A stretch of DNA of 64,000 bases from a virus: IMG/VR virus record IMGVR_UViG_3300044811_000054, positions 1 through 64,000 of that record; one strand, given 5' to 3'. Positions 37,842-48,568 of the stretch are shown piece by piece. The position numbers and the translations under genes were made by a program. Under the pieces are notes generated by a model. It was not told the origin of the DNA and made no database searches. It saw only the letters and a program-made list of their open reading frames with translations. The first letter of the stretch is position 1, and every line of letters begins with the position of its first letter.

Positions 37842-39850
37842 TCATTCGGCATCATCCGTGTCCGGCGCCACGACGCCGATCACCGGGATGTTCGGGTAGT
37901 TCATCGCCAACTCCTCGAGCGGGTCGATGACCGTGTGATCGCCATCGGCCAATGCGGCGACCTCGCGGTACTCACCGAACCGGGCGACCTGCTCCGCCAG
38001 CCAGTCGGCGATGGCGATCTCCAGCTGCTCGCGCGGCCCGTCGCCGAAGTCCGGGACCTCGATGCCGGCCAAATCCGGATGCTGGGCGAGCAGGTGCGGC
38101 TGGCACTCGTCCATGGCCCGGGGCAACTGGTGGGTCATCAGGTTGTCGCCGGTCATCCAGTTGAGGACGTCGTACACGGCTTCCATGTGCCGCAGGGAGA
38201 CGAGACGACCAGTGGTGATGGTGAGGACGTCGCCGAGGTGGAATCGCTTGGTGGTCATGGCTTCTCCCATTTCTCGCAGTGGACGATCGGGCCGGGCTTG
38301 ATCTCGGCGCCGTCACCGCCGCATTCCGGACACTCGGTGACGCCCAGGCCGGGAGTTGTGCCCCAGCCCTTGCAGGCCGCGCACTGGGGGCGTCCGGTGA
38401 GGTCGACGCCGACGGCGCAGCCTTCACCGCCCATCAGCCCGACGTCGGGCTCGCCGGGGTCCTGCTCGAAGTGCTTGCACGTCTTGCAGCCGCGCACCTC
38501 GGGGTTGAACCAGCAGCGGGCCATGTGCTCGCGGGCACGGACAGGTCGGGCGGCGGTCCGGGGGCAGAAGGGGCACTTGTGGCGGGTCACCGTCACCGCG
38601 ATGGGCTGGGCGGTCATGATGTACCGCCCGAGTAGTCGACGTCCCGGACTGCCGGCTCCGTCCGGTGCTGCCGGGCGACCACAACCTCGGGACTGCACCA
38701 GCAGGAGGTGTCATCGCCGACCTCGTGCGGGCGGCAGTCCCCGAAACCACCGTCGTGGATGACGAGGGTCCGCTGCTCGTCGGTGATCTCGCGCCAGTAG
38801 GCGAGGACTTGATCGCGCGGATTGTCGCTGTCGGCGTGCATCGGAACCGTCGAGGCCGGTTCGCCACTTCGAGGGCAGGGCGCGTAGTGGGTGTGGACGG
38901 TGCAGGCTGGCTCGTCGCCGTTGACGACGGAGATGACGCAGTGCGCGCCGGGCTGCACGACGCTCATGCCGCCGCCGCCGGCTCAACGCTCAGCGCGGCG
39001 TCCAGCGCCTCAACCGACACGAAGGTTTCGATCGACACCGTGCCCCGGTCGCACGCCGGGTCGTCCAGCCAGTTCAGCTCACCCCACGAGTACGGGTAGG
39101 TGGAGCCGTCGCCGACCTTCCACCACTCGCCGTCCTCGCGGGGTGCGAGACCGCGAGCGGCCAGCTCCTCGTCGTAGGCATCCGAGCGGACGTACACGCG
39201 TTCCGTCGCGGGGATGTCCTGCCAGCCACCGGAAGTCGTGACGATGGCTAGGGTGCCGTCGGCGGTGGCGCTGCTCCAGTGCTGGCTGGCACCGGAGGCC
39301 AGGGCGCTGACCCGGTCGACGATGGCGCGGAGGAGGGCGTTCTCGGCGAGGAGGGCGGCGATGGCGGGGGTGGTCATGCCGACGCCTCGTTACGGGTCTT
39401 CTTGCGACTCTTGATCGCCTCTTCGACCGTGATCAGGTCGTCCGGCATGAACACCAACAACTCGGCTGCGGTGTAACGGTCCTTGTCGTACGCCTCGGCA
39501 ACCTTCGCCGCGTTCTTGCCTCGGATGCCGAGCCACATCAGCACGTCGGTGCGGTTGGCCCGCCGAGCGGTCACGCGCTGGCCGCCGCCGATCTTCCAGA
39601 CGGAATCCAGGGCTGCGATCTCGCCGGTCAGCAGGTCCATCTGCCGCGAGTCCGCCCGCTTGGTGTGGCGCTTGTCGGCAACCCGGGTCAACTGATTGGC
39701 GAACTCGTCCAGCAACTCCCCGTTGACGGACTCGGACGCCAGTTCGGCGCGGATCTCGTCGCGGACATCGTTGATGTCGAACCGGTCGGGCTGGTCGGCG
39801 AAGCGCCCGTAGACAGCGTCGGCGATCTTGTTGAAGCGGTCGTTGCTCAC
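37842..39850 (-). other. Block of short hypothetical genes (37842-38258, 38255-38620, 38614-38967, 38964-39377, 39374-39850)
   Basis: Coupled ORFs with 4-nt overlaps. Confidence 0.65.
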
Positions 39851-40698
39851 AGGGTGACCCCGTTCTCGTCAAGGTGGTCGGCAAGGGCGTAGAGGTGGTC
39901 GCCGAGTTTGCGGAGGCCCTCAGAGGTGAAGGCGTCACGCACCCGGGGGAGGTCCCGATTGGCGAAGGCGTTAGGTCGCCAGCGATTCGCCACCCACCGG
40001 ACCGGGTCCGGGTCGAGCGCGAGGAACAGGGCGGCGAGAGACTCGCCCACCTTCTGCGAGCTACGGATGGCGGCGTCCTCGTCGGCGATCGACGGTTCCG
40101 GCGCACGGCTCGATTCGAACGGCGGACGCGCCGGGCTTACCGGGATCGGCAGAGTCGACTCGACGTCGTCCTGCTCGTCGTCGCGGCCGTCATCGCAGTC
40201 CGGCGTGAAATCAGGTGCGGGGACAAGCGGTAACGGCTTGGCGGGAGGTTCAACCGGATCGGCGGCCGGCACGGGGGATGACTTCGGCGACGGTACGGTC
40301 GGCTTGGGCTGAGCGGCGGGCCTATCTTTTCCGTCCAGGGTTTTGATCCGCTCGGGCAAGTCCTCTTGAGTCATTTGACTCAAGTGCCGGATGTCCCGGG
40401 CGACGGTCGCCTGGGACAGGTTCACGGCGGCGGCGATGGCCCGGGAAGACATGCCAGCCATGCGAAGCTCGGAGATCGCCTTGTCGCGGTGCTCCGCGGG
40501 TACGCGCAGGCGAGTCTCCGAGAACTCGCCATCCAGATATGTGTCCCAGTCTTCGTAGCCAAGGGTGACCCAGTCCCTGCGATCCCAGGCAGATCGGATG
40601 TCCGCCAGGGTGGCCAGATAGGACACGATGCCCAGCCGGATGCGGGCTGCCCGCTCCTTGGCCTCACGAACGTCGGACTGAGGAAGCAGGTCGGTCAT
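39847..40698 (-). CDS. HTH-containing hypothetical protein
   Basis: WVTLGYEDWDTY...GMSSRAIAAAVNLSQATVARD. Confidence 0.7.
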   Translation of the reverse strand: MTDLLPQSDVREAKERAARIRLGIVSYLATLADIRSAWDRRDWVTLGYEDWDTYLDGEFSETRLRVPAEHRDKAISELRMAGMSSRAIAAAVNLSQATVARDIRHLSQMTQEDLPERIKTLDGKDRPAAQPKPTVPSPKSSPVPAADPVEPPAKPLPLVPAPDFTPDCDDGRDDEQDDVESTLPIPVSPARPPFESSRAPEPSIADEDAAIRSSQKVGESLAALFLALDPDPVRWVANRWRPNAFANRDLPRVRDAFTSEGLRKLGDHLYALADHLDENGVTL

Positions 40699-40848
40699 CG
40701 CGTGGTCCCCTGAAGGGAAGTCAACGAGAATATGCGCTTCATTGCTCTCCAGTTCGAGAGTTGATGTTGCAACAGCAGGTTGCAACTCTGGACATCACGC
40801 TAGCAGGGCCGGTGACAGGTTGCAACATCGTGGTGCATACTCATCCGC

Positions 40849-41091
40849 ATGACAGACGACGCCGCCGAAGCGGCCCTTGACCGCCTCAGGAAGGCGTCCG
40901 CCCGAGTCCGAAAGCACGAGGCCGAACGCAAAGAGCTGGCCGAGGCGATCGTCGTTGCACGCCTCGCTGGCATCCGCCCGCGCGACATCGAAGAGATCGC
41001 CCCGTACGACCGGAACCACATCGGCCGCATCGTCAAAGCCGCCGGCGTCCCGCCACTGAAGGGGCCAAAAGCCCAACGCGGCGATGCCTGA
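40849..41091 (+). CDS. Small HTH regulator (counter-oriented, leaderless)
   Basis: AIVVARLAGIRPRDI...YDRNHIGRI; CATACT 7 nt before the ATG; three GTTGCAAC palindromes upstream. Confidence 0.7.
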   Translation: MTDDAAEAALDRLRKASARVRKHEAERKELAEAIVVARLAGIRPRDIEEIAPYDRNHIGRIVKAAGVPPLKGPKAQRGDA

Positions 41092-41589
41092 CCCGCTCAC
41101 CCGCCCTCGCCCCGCAACCACCGTGCCCGCGCCCGTGCCCGCACCCGCGCAATCGCCGCCTGCCGTCGACGACCGCGCTCCGCAGCGCCTGCCGAGTCCG
41201 CCGCGTCCCGCTCTGCCTGCAACCGGATCGCGGCCTTCATCATCTCGACCAGCGCAGCCCTGCCCTTCTCGGACAGGTCAGGGGAGACGCGGGCGTGGCC
41301 CAGGACGGTCCCGTCGGAGTCGACGACGGTCTCGCAGCGGTGGTCGTCGAGGCTCACGGCTTCCCCGCCTGCAGTGCGTCCTGCGCAGCCCGTACCGCCA
41401 CTAGCGCCGCGCACCGCCGGCACTCAGGTAGCGCCTCAACCGTCTCGTACTCGATCTGCGAACCGGTGCCGCACCAGCCGTCAGGGTCGAACCAGTGCGG
41501 GCTGACACCGCACACGGCCGCGTGCCACGTCAGGTCCCGCAGCGCGTGCTTCGCCTTGCCACGAGGCAGATACCGCCACTCGTAGGCGT

Positions 41590-41964
41590 TCACGACCGTC
41601 CCGCCTTGCTGCGCTTGCCCGAATACCAAGGCAGCGCGAGGCCGTCGTCGACAGCTCGAGGAACCAGGTGGACGTGCAGGTGAAAAACGCTCTGCGTGGC
41701 GGCCACACCGGCCGAGGTGATGATGTTGAAGTCGCCGGGCATGAGCACGGAGGCCAGCGATGCGGCGGCGTGCATGGTGACTGCGGTGACGTCGGGGTCC
41801 TCGGCGGCGTCCCGTACATGCCTGGTGGGCAGCACCAGCGTGTGGCCCGGCACGACCGGCCCCAGCGGGGTGATCGCCACCGCTTCCGGCCACCTGGCTA
41901 CGAACGCCGCGGGGGACTCCCCGCGAATGATCGAGCAGAAGATGCACTCACTCACCGGGATCAC
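41590..41964 (-). CDS. HIT-family nucleotide hydrolase
   Basis: CIFCSI; PGHTLVLP; QSVFHLHVHLVPR. Confidence 0.9.
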   Translation of the reverse strand: MIPVSECIFCSIIRGESPAAFVARWPEAVAITPLGPVVPGHTLVLPTRHVRDAAEDPDVTAVTMHAAASLASVLMPGDFNIITSAGVAATQSVFHLHVHLVPRAVDDGLALPWYSGKRSKAGRS

Positions 41965-42171
41965 TCCGCCGTATCAGTCTGATGTGCTGCAGCGCCTCCA
42001 GGACCGGGTCGTAGCCCGGCCCCACCTGACGGCCGGCACCTTCGTCCAGCCAGCGGCCCAACTGCTCCACCCGCCACCGGGTGTGCTCGATCACCGGATC
42101 GAGCCGTTCGTTCGACGGGCGCGAGTCGGGGTCGGCGAAGTGCCGCTGGTAGTGGTTGTTCACGGGGCCTG

Positions 42172-43164
42172 TCACGCGACACCACCCACCGACGCGTCGT
42201 CGGTGACTAGCGCACCCTGCGCCAGTCGGGTGCGCAGCGCGAGGTCCAGGTACGGCTGGTGCAGCTCGATGCCTGTGAACCGGCGTCCGAGCCGACCCGC
42301 CACCATTCCGGTCGTGCAGCTGCCGGCGAACGGGTCGAGCACTGTTCCGCCCGGGCGACAGCCGGACAGGATGGCTCGGCGGACCAGCTCGTCGGGCATC
42401 ACCGCGAAGTGCGCTCCAGAGAAGCGCGCCGTGGCCACGTCCCAGACGTCGCCGGGGTTCCGGCCGGCCGGGTGCGACTGTGTGTGTCGGCGTCCAGTGG
42501 CGACAAGGTTGGTCTGTCGCGGCTGGCCCCCGACGCCGTCGATGTACTTCGCCCATGGCTCGCCCAGGCCTGCGGGCACCGCTTCAGTACGGATCGGCTC
42601 GCGGATCGGATCGAGGTCGAACCAGTACCGCGACGACTTCACGAACAGGAACAGCGCTTCGTGGCGCGTCGACAGCCGGTCGGTGACCGACTCGGGCATG
42701 GCGTCGGGCTTGTTCCACACGACCCGGTTGCGGAGAATCCAGCCGCTCTGCACCATCGCCCAAGCGGCCCGCTCCGGGATCATGAGCAGGCTCTTATACG
42801 GTGCCTCCGCAGTCGAGTTCACCCGCGGTGGGATCAGCACTGCCCGGTCGGCGCGGCGCGTCATGCCGACACTGGCGCCGGCATTGGCCTTGCTCGCGTA
42901 GGTGTCGCCGAGGTTCAGCCACAGCGTGCCGTCGTCGGCGAGCACCCGGTGCGCCTCGGCGAGGATGGCGACCAGCCGCGCGATGTACTCGGCGCTGGTC
43001 GGCTCTAGCCCGAGCTGGCCGGCCTCGCCGCCATAGTCGCGGACCGACCAGTACGGCGGCGAGGTGACGATTGAATTGACCGAACTGGTGCGCATCTCGG
43101 CGAGGACTTCGTATGCCTGCCCGTGGTGGAGTGTCACGGAGTCGTCGGCGAAGTACGGCTTCAT
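42172..43164 (-). CDS. Orphan N4/N6 DNA methyltransferase (beta class)
   Basis: TSPPY; LWLNLGD; HFAVMP; VLDPFAGSCTT. Confidence 0.9.
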   Translation of the reverse strand: MKPYFADDSVTLHHGQAYEVLAEMRTSSVNSIVTSPPYWSVRDYGGEAGQLGLEPTSAEYIARLVAILAEAHRVLADDGTLWLNLGDTYASKANAGASVGMTRRADRAVLIPPRVNSTAEAPYKSLLMIPERAAWAMVQSGWILRNRVVWNKPDAMPESVTDRLSTRHEALFLFVKSSRYWFDLDPIREPIRTEAVPAGLGEPWAKYIDGVGGQPRQTNLVATGRRHTQSHPAGRNPGDVWDVATARFSGAHFAVMPDELVRRAILSGCRPGGTVLDPFAGSCTTGMVAGRLGRRFTGIELHQPYLDLALRTRLAQGALVTDDASVGGVA

Positions 43165-44699
43165 GCGAGGTCGTCCCCGATGTCACGGGCCGGCTCGGCA
43201 GACTCCGCCAGGTCCCAGGCCCTCGAGTTGACCCGCCACACCCCCGGCGAGGTGTCTCGCTTGGCTTCGGGGACGACCCGGCAAGCGGCGGCGAAACGGG
43301 GGCCGACGAGGCGACCCATGCCGACCACGACAAGACCGGCACCGACGAGGCCGCCGATCAGGCAGCCGTGCTGCAACGCCTGCAGCTTCTCGACGCTCAC
43401 GGCCGCCACGCCCGGCTGCGGACGTTCGACAGGATCCGGCGCAGCTTCACCATGCCCGGGTCGGCAGGCGGGGGATCGGGGACCGGAACCGGCGCCGACA
43501 CGACGGGCAGGGACTGGATGCGCTCCCGCAACGAACCGACCTCGATCTGCTCGGTCGGCAGATCCTCCTGCCGGGTCGGTGGTTCCAGGGCTGCGGCGAT
43601 CTGCTCGGGGCTGATCCGGCGGGACTCGCGGTGCCGGCCGTCGTACGGCCGCCAGTCCGGGGTGCGGGTCTGGGTATCGATCTCGGACATGTGTGCTACT
43701 CCATCGGACGGAAGGGTGACAAAGAGGCGGGCGGAAGAATCGGTCAGCGGGGGATCGGGGGACGTTCGTTCGTGCACGTGATGTGGCGTTCCACCAGACC
43801 CGGACGGGGCTGCTGCCGGTTCCGCAACGACCAGGCACGGCGGGGCAGACGCAGCCGCAGGTTCGGGTCCTGGGTCCAGCCGTGCTCACGTTCGGTGGCC
43901 CGCGACCCGGCCCGCATCCAGTGGTGGCGCTTCGGCATCAGGCCCAGCGCGAACACGGCCAGGTGCGACATGGCCAGGGCCGAGACGGTCACCATTCCGA
44001 ATCCCGCTGCTGCAGTGCGATGCGCCGGCGGGCCCGATGCCGACGGACCGCCTTCGCCTCCGCCTTCACCCCGTGCAGCAGTGCGAGTTCGGCTTCGGTG
44101 AACGGTTCGGCGTCCCGGAACGCGCGGCGCTCGCTGACCCACTCGGTCAGGGACTGGAACGGCCTGATGTTCATGCGGCTACTTCGCGCCATGAGGTTTC
44201 CGACCCGGCGTCCCCGCGGCGGTGCTCGAAGTAGTCGGGGCAGGTCCCGTCGGACCAGCCACACACGCACGGCGTCGGCGGGCACAGGCCACAGCCGTGC
44301 TGCGCTTTCGGGTGGATCCGGTCGCGATGCCAGACGAGGTTCGGGGTGAAGTCCGTGTCAAGTTCCGGCAAGCCGGTTGGCGTTGATCGACGGGCGGCGA
44401 TAGTCTCCAGAGACATGAACCCTCGCTCTAGTCGGCGGGTGATTGAGTAAGCGCGGGTCCCTAGCTGCTTCCGACGGCTAGGGACCGCTTTCTTCAGGTC
44501 AGGACGCGATAGGTCGGCGTGACGGCCAGGACCGTTACCGGCGCAGGGAAACCGAGCGTCGGGAACGGCAACACCTCGTGCGGGATTCCCGAGCGGCGGG
44601 CCTTAGCGACCGCTTCCGACCAGGACGGCAGTACCTCGTGTTCGCCCTGCCAGGACATCCGGGCCTCACCGGTGGACAGCGGCTCGATCGTGGCGGGGG

Positions 44700-45338
44700 T
44701 CACTGGGACTCCCGTTCGACCGCCAGGGCCGCGGCGTGCTGACTGAACAGGCCCGAGATCGTCTCGTCGGAGACGTCGGCCAAGCGCAGCAGTGACCGGG
44801 CCTGCCCGTAGTCGCCGGACAGCAAGCATTCCGCAGCCTGATCTGCGAAGCTCCGACGCTCGCTGGACTGGGTGAAGACGTTGATGAACACCATGCGGCC
44901 GGGGAACGGAACATGTCCCTCGCCGCCCCACAGTGCGTCGGTACGGGCCTGCCACCAGTCGAGGCAGGACTTGTGTCGCTGGCGTCTCACCCAGTCGATC
45001 GCCTCGTCCCGGGAGTCGACGAAGTCAGGCATGGCGCGGTGACACATGGTGCACAGCGGAACGATGTTGGCCGGTTCGTTTCCGCCGCCGGTCATGTGGT
45101 CGCGCAGATGCGCCCGTTCGAGCCATCCCGCTGCGTCACTCCACGAACCGGACCGTCCGCTGCCCGGCATGGGGGCCAGCCAGCCGCAGCGAAAGCAGAA
45201 CGGTTCCCCCCAGCCAATCAGCCCTGCGAGGAGGTCCGGGAAAGCCTGCTCCCAGTTCTCCCTCCAGTAGGCGGCCAACTTGTCCATGACCGGCATGTTC
45301 TTACGGACACGAGAGGGGGCGAACTTCGACACGGTCAT
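44700..45338 (-). CDS. HNH-like nuclease
   Basis: CFRCG...LERAH...GG.N...NIVPLCTMCH. Confidence 0.7.
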   Translation of the reverse strand: MTVSKFAPSRVRKNMPVMDKLAAYWRENWEQAFPDLLAGLIGWGEPFCFRCGWLAPMPGSGRSGSWSDAAGWLERAHLRDHMTGGGNEPANIVPLCTMCHRAMPDFVDSRDEAIDWVRRQRHKSCLDWWQARTDALWGGEGHVPFPGRMVFINVFTQSSERRSFADQAAECLLSGDYGQARSLLRLADVSDETISGLFSQHAAALAVERESQ

Positions 45339-45547
45339 GCGGCACGCCGTTTCGTCGCGGGCGTGTACCGGGCGGCGACGTAGGCCTGCAGGTCTTCCTC
45401 GCGGATCCGGATCGCGGCGCGGGCGCCCTTCTTCGCCACGTTCACCCACGGCATCTCGCCGCCGTAGACGAGCCGGTAGACGGTCTGCTTGTGCTGCTTG
45501 AGCGCGTCCGCGACCTCGTCGACGGTGAGTAGGCGCACGGACCCCAT
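45335..45547 (-). CDS. xis: Excisionase-like HTH protein
   Basis: LLTVDEVADALK....TVYRLV..G....IRIREEDL. Confidence 0.8.
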   Translation of the reverse strand: MGSVRLLTVDEVADALKQHKQTVYRLVYGGEMPWVNVAKKGARAAIRIREEDLQAYVAARYTPATKRRAA

Positions 45548-45789
45548 CACGACTTCCCTTCGGGTTTGCGCTGCAGCACCGTTACGGGGCAGCCGAGCGC
45601 GCGGGCCATGCCGGCTAGTAGCTCGGGGTCCGCGTTGCGGGTGCCGTCCTCGATGCGCGAGAGCAGGCTGTGGTCGATGTTCAGTAGGCCGGCCAGTGCC
45701 CGTTGGCTGAGGTGGCGTTCGGTACGCAGCCACGCCACGGCTTCCGGGTCCTGCCGGACCGGGGTCCTGCGTATTGGGTTCGCGGCCAT
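45547..45789 (-). CDS. Cro-like XRE regulator
   Basis: LSQRALA...IDHSLLSRIEDG; divergent from CI; TACTCT 6 nt before the ATG. Confidence 0.8.
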   Translation of the reverse strand: MAANPIRRTPVRQDPEAVAWLRTERHLSQRALAGLLNIDHSLLSRIEDGTRNADPELLAGMARALGCPVTVLQRKPEGKS

Positions 45790-45973
45790 GCGAACAGAGT
45801 ACGCACGGGTACGTCGGGTTGACAACGAGACACGCGGTTTTTCCGCGCACCCAGTACGCATCGCGACCCTTGTCACCCGCTGGTGAATCGGCCACCATCA
45901 ACGCGCACCCAGTACGGCACATCCGGCCGGCGCCCCGATACAATCGCAGCCTGTTGACAACTCGGAGGGGCAC
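45790..45973. promoter_or_regulatory. Immunity switch region with operator repeats
   Basis: CGCGCACCCAGTACG at 45844 and 45902; TTGACA and TACAAT boxes. Confidence 0.7.
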
Positions 45974-46411
45974 ATGACCACCACGGAGCCACCCCTCACG
46001 CCGTTGGGGAAACTCCTCGAAGACGCCCGGAAGGTGCTTGGCCTCAGCAAACGCGAGGCCGCGCGACGCTCCGGCTACAGCGAAGGCCGGTGGCGGCAAG
46101 TCGTCACCGGCCTTCAGAACACCAAAGATGTCAACACGCCGTCGAACCCGAAATCGTCCACCGTCGCTGCCATGGCCCGCGCCGTCGGTGTCGATGTGGA
46201 CGAGGCGCTACGCGTTGCTGGACTCGACGCCACCCCCGGTGCCGGCGCCAGCACCCCCGGCGACCCGATCCGCCGGGTCATGCTCTCGGAGCTGCCCGAC
46301 GAGCAGAAACGGCGCATCGTGCAGGTCCTGCTCCAGGAGCAGCGCGAAGCCGAACGGCGTCAGCGGCAACGCGCCGAGGAGCTCATCGAAGCCTTCCGCG
46401 AGCAGGATTAG
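45974..46411 (+). CDS. Immunity repressor (XRE HTH)
   Basis: LSKREAARRSGYSEGRWRQVVTG; directly upstream of int. Confidence 0.8.
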   Translation: MTTTEPPLTPLGKLLEDARKVLGLSKREAARRSGYSEGRWRQVVTGLQNTKDVNTPSNPKSSTVAAMARAVGVDVDEALRVAGLDATPGAGASTPGDPIRRVMLSELPDEQKRRIVQVLLQEQREAERRQRQRAEELIEAFREQD

Positions 46412-46421
46412 GAGGGGCACC

Positions 46422-47570
46422 GTGGCGTGGGTCCGCCAACTGCCCTCGAAGAAGTGGGCGGCGACCGTCCGCACCCCCGACGGCCGTAAGACGAAGACGT
46501 TCGACCTCAAAGGTTCCGCCACCGCCTGGGCCGCGGACATTGAACGCGACATCCGCCACCAGGACTTCCTGGACCCCAAGGCCGGCGACGCCCTCGTGCA
46601 GGCATGCTGGGATGAACTCGTCGAGGTCCGCCGCCTGGCGAAGTCGTCTCGGAAACGCGACGCCTCTCACTGGAAGGTGCATGTCGCCCCGCGGTGGGCG
46701 GGCACCCAGGTCAGGGGCGTACTCAAACCGACCGTGCAGGAGTGGGTCGACGACATGGAGGAAGACGGCGTCGGCCCGAACACCGTCGTCGGCGCGCTCA
46801 AGGTCCTCAAGGCGGTGATGGAGCACGCCGTCGACACCAGACGCATCCGCGCCAATCCGGTCCGCGGGGTGAAACCTCCGGTGATCCCCGCCCACGTCGA
46901 CCGGGTGTTGGAACCCGACGAGGAGGACCTCCTGCTGGAGCGCCTCGACGAGTTGTTCAAGGGCCGCCCCGACGCCCGACTGTTCGTCGAGACGATGCTG
47001 GAAACGGGAGGTCGCTGGGAGGAAGTCGCCGCGATCCCACCGGAACATGTCAACCGCCGACGCAAACGGATCAAATTGCTGCCCGTGATGGAGCGCGACG
47101 GGACGGTGCGCGCCTATCCGAAGAGCGGCCGTCCGGGCGTGGTCGCCGAGGCCCGCGACGTACCCGTCAGCACTGAACTGATCCGGCGACTGGAGGAGAT
47201 CCTGGACGGAGCCCCGCTGGGGCAGCCGATCTTCCGGACGGCGGGCGGCGGGTACGTCACCTATTCGAACTGGCTGCACAGGATCTGGTATCCGGCGGTG
47301 CGGGTGCCGATCGTGGACGGCGCCGGTAAGCGGACCAAGGGTGACGACGGTAAGGCGCTTTGGGAACCGCTGCTGGACCTGCCGCTGCCGACCCCGCACG
47401 ACTTGAGGCACACCTACGGGTCCCGGCTGGCAGACGGCGGGGTGGAGGTGCACGATGTCATGGCGTTGATGGGGCACGAGGACATGCGTTCGGCGCAGCG
47501 GTACATCCACTCCGGGGAGAAACGGTTCGACCGGGCGCGGGAGGCGCTGCGCAAGGCCCGCCGCGGATAG
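46422..47570 (+). CDS. int: Tyrosine integrase
   Basis: TGGRWEE (R), PKS (K), HDLRH, LMGH, RYIH (Y); start GTG after GGAGG. Confidence 0.95.
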   Translation: MAWVRQLPSKKWAATVRTPDGRKTKTFDLKGSATAWAADIERDIRHQDFLDPKAGDALVQACWDELVEVRRLAKSSRKRDASHWKVHVAPRWAGTQVRGVLKPTVQEWVDDMEEDGVGPNTVVGALKVLKAVMEHAVDTRRIRANPVRGVKPPVIPAHVDRVLEPDEEDLLLERLDELFKGRPDARLFVETMLETGGRWEEVAAIPPEHVNRRRKRIKLLPVMERDGTVRAYPKSGRPGVVAEARDVPVSTELIRRLEEILDGAPLGQPIFRTAGGGYVTYSNWLHRIWYPAVRVPIVDGAGKRTKGDDGKALWEPLLDLPLPTPHDLRHTYGSRLADGGVEVHDVMALMGHEDMRSAQRYIHSGEKRFDRAREALRKARRG

Positions 47571-47617
47571 GCCATCCCCGGACGACAGCCGCAGTCGATC
47601 ACACCTAAGGAGATCTT

Positions 47618-47851
47618 GTGTCGTACATCGAGGCTTTCGACCGCAGTTACGACGTTGTCTGGCGGGACGGCGACGGGACCCGCCATCGGCTGACCTTCGA
47701 AACCCGTGCCGAGGCTTCCGTGTTCCGCGTCGCTCTCGACGGGGGTGTCGATGCCGAGGATGCCCTGGGTTTGGTTGCGGCGGCGCGCGAGACTGCCCGG
47801 CCCGCGCAGGAGCCACCCGCTGACGCCACGCAGATGCGATTCAGCGGCTGA
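47618..47851 (+). CDS. Hypothetical protein
   Basis: AGGAG RBS; WRD.DG.R....F.T..EA resembles an integrase arm-binding domain. Confidence 0.55.
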   Translation: MSYIEAFDRSYDVVWRDGDGTRHRLTFETRAEASVFRVALDGGVDAEDALGLVAAARETARPAQEPPADATQMRFSG

Positions 47852-47880
47852 GCCCCTGATCTGTGGATAGATCTATGGAA

Positions 47881-47920
47881 CACAAGAAACGGCCTCCCGA
47901 TCGGGAGGCCGTTTCTTGTG
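47881..47920. terminator. Perfect 40-bp palindrome, bidirectional terminator
   Basis: CACAAGAAACGGCCTCCCGA/TCGGGAGGCCGTTTCTTGTG; between int and att core. Confidence 0.8.
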
Positions 47921-47988
47921 CTCGTAGGGTCTGACTCATGCCTGACTCATGATCTCTGGCCAAGATCCCATTTCCGGGACGTTCTAGC

Positions 47989-48036
47989 TGGTGGGCGATA
48001 CTGGGATCGAACCAGTGACCTCTTCCGTGTCAAGGA
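47989..48036 (-). other. att core: 3' half of tRNA-Val(GAC)
   Basis: Minus strand TCCTTGACACGGAAGAGGTCACTGGTTCGATCCCAGTATCGCCCACCA gives anticodon arm, T arm and CCA; the 5' half is absent. Confidence 0.9.
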
Positions 48037-48154
48037 TGGGATAGGGGCCAGCTGACCTGCGACGATGTCGCCCGTACCCCCGTGAGCTGCAAAAACGTTA
48101 CCTCCGATTATATCCGGTTCCCTCCGCATCACAGTGTCCCGACTCACCTGCGAC

Positions 48155-48568
48155 TCACGCTCCGGAGTCCGGCCAGCGCAGTTGCCACCGGTCCGCCGGG
48201 TAGATCCCGGCACCGTCCGGGGCGATCACCTGGAAGACGGGCACCCCGTCGTCGATGCCGTGCACGGCGCGTTCCTCGGCTGTGGGCATCCTCGCGGTCA
48301 CGGTCGTCCCCGGCTCGGGGATCAGATCCTGCACCTCAGCATGTTCTCTCACGAAGACACCATGCCCGCTGTGTACGACAACCAGCCCCTCGGCCCGCAG
48401 CACGGCCACCGCCCGACGCGCGGTCAGCCGCGCGACCCCGTACCGCTGCTGCAGAGTCGCCTCGGAGGGCAGCCGTTGGCCGGGCTGGAGCCGGCCGGCG
48501 AGGATGTCGTCCCGCAACCGGGCCGCGATCTGGGCGTAAACAGCCGGCCCGGGCTGCGGGAAGATCAT
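48155..48568 (-). CDS. GntR-family regulator (leaderless)
   Basis: YAQIAARLRDDILAG...LPSE...YGVARLTARRA...GHGVFV; TAAGGT 6 nt before the ATG; GGGATACCC repeats upstream. Confidence 0.9.
   Translation of the reverse strand: MIFPQPGPAVYAQIAARLRDDILAGRLQPGQRLPSEATLQQRYGVARLTARRAVAVLRAEGLVVVHSGHGVFVREHAEVQDLIPEPGTTVTARMPTAEERAVHGIDDGVPVFQVIAPDGAGIYPADRWQLRWPDSGA

Larger units (their letters stand above)
1..48036. mobile_element. Temperate actinophage/prophage (integrase end through head and fibre genes; continues left of the window)
   Basis: Contiguous int-CI-cro-xis, recombination, replication, terS/terL, portal, MuF, protease and capsid genes; bounded by a tRNA-derived att core. Confidence 0.95.

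Noticed and set aside
42172-45338. Restriction-modification pair (MTase plus HNH-like nuclease)
   Set aside because: Separated by several unrelated genes; orphan MTases are routine in phages
47989-48036. Functional tRNA-Val gene
   Set aside because: Only the anticodon arm to CCA is present; upstream sequence cannot form the D arm or acceptor stem
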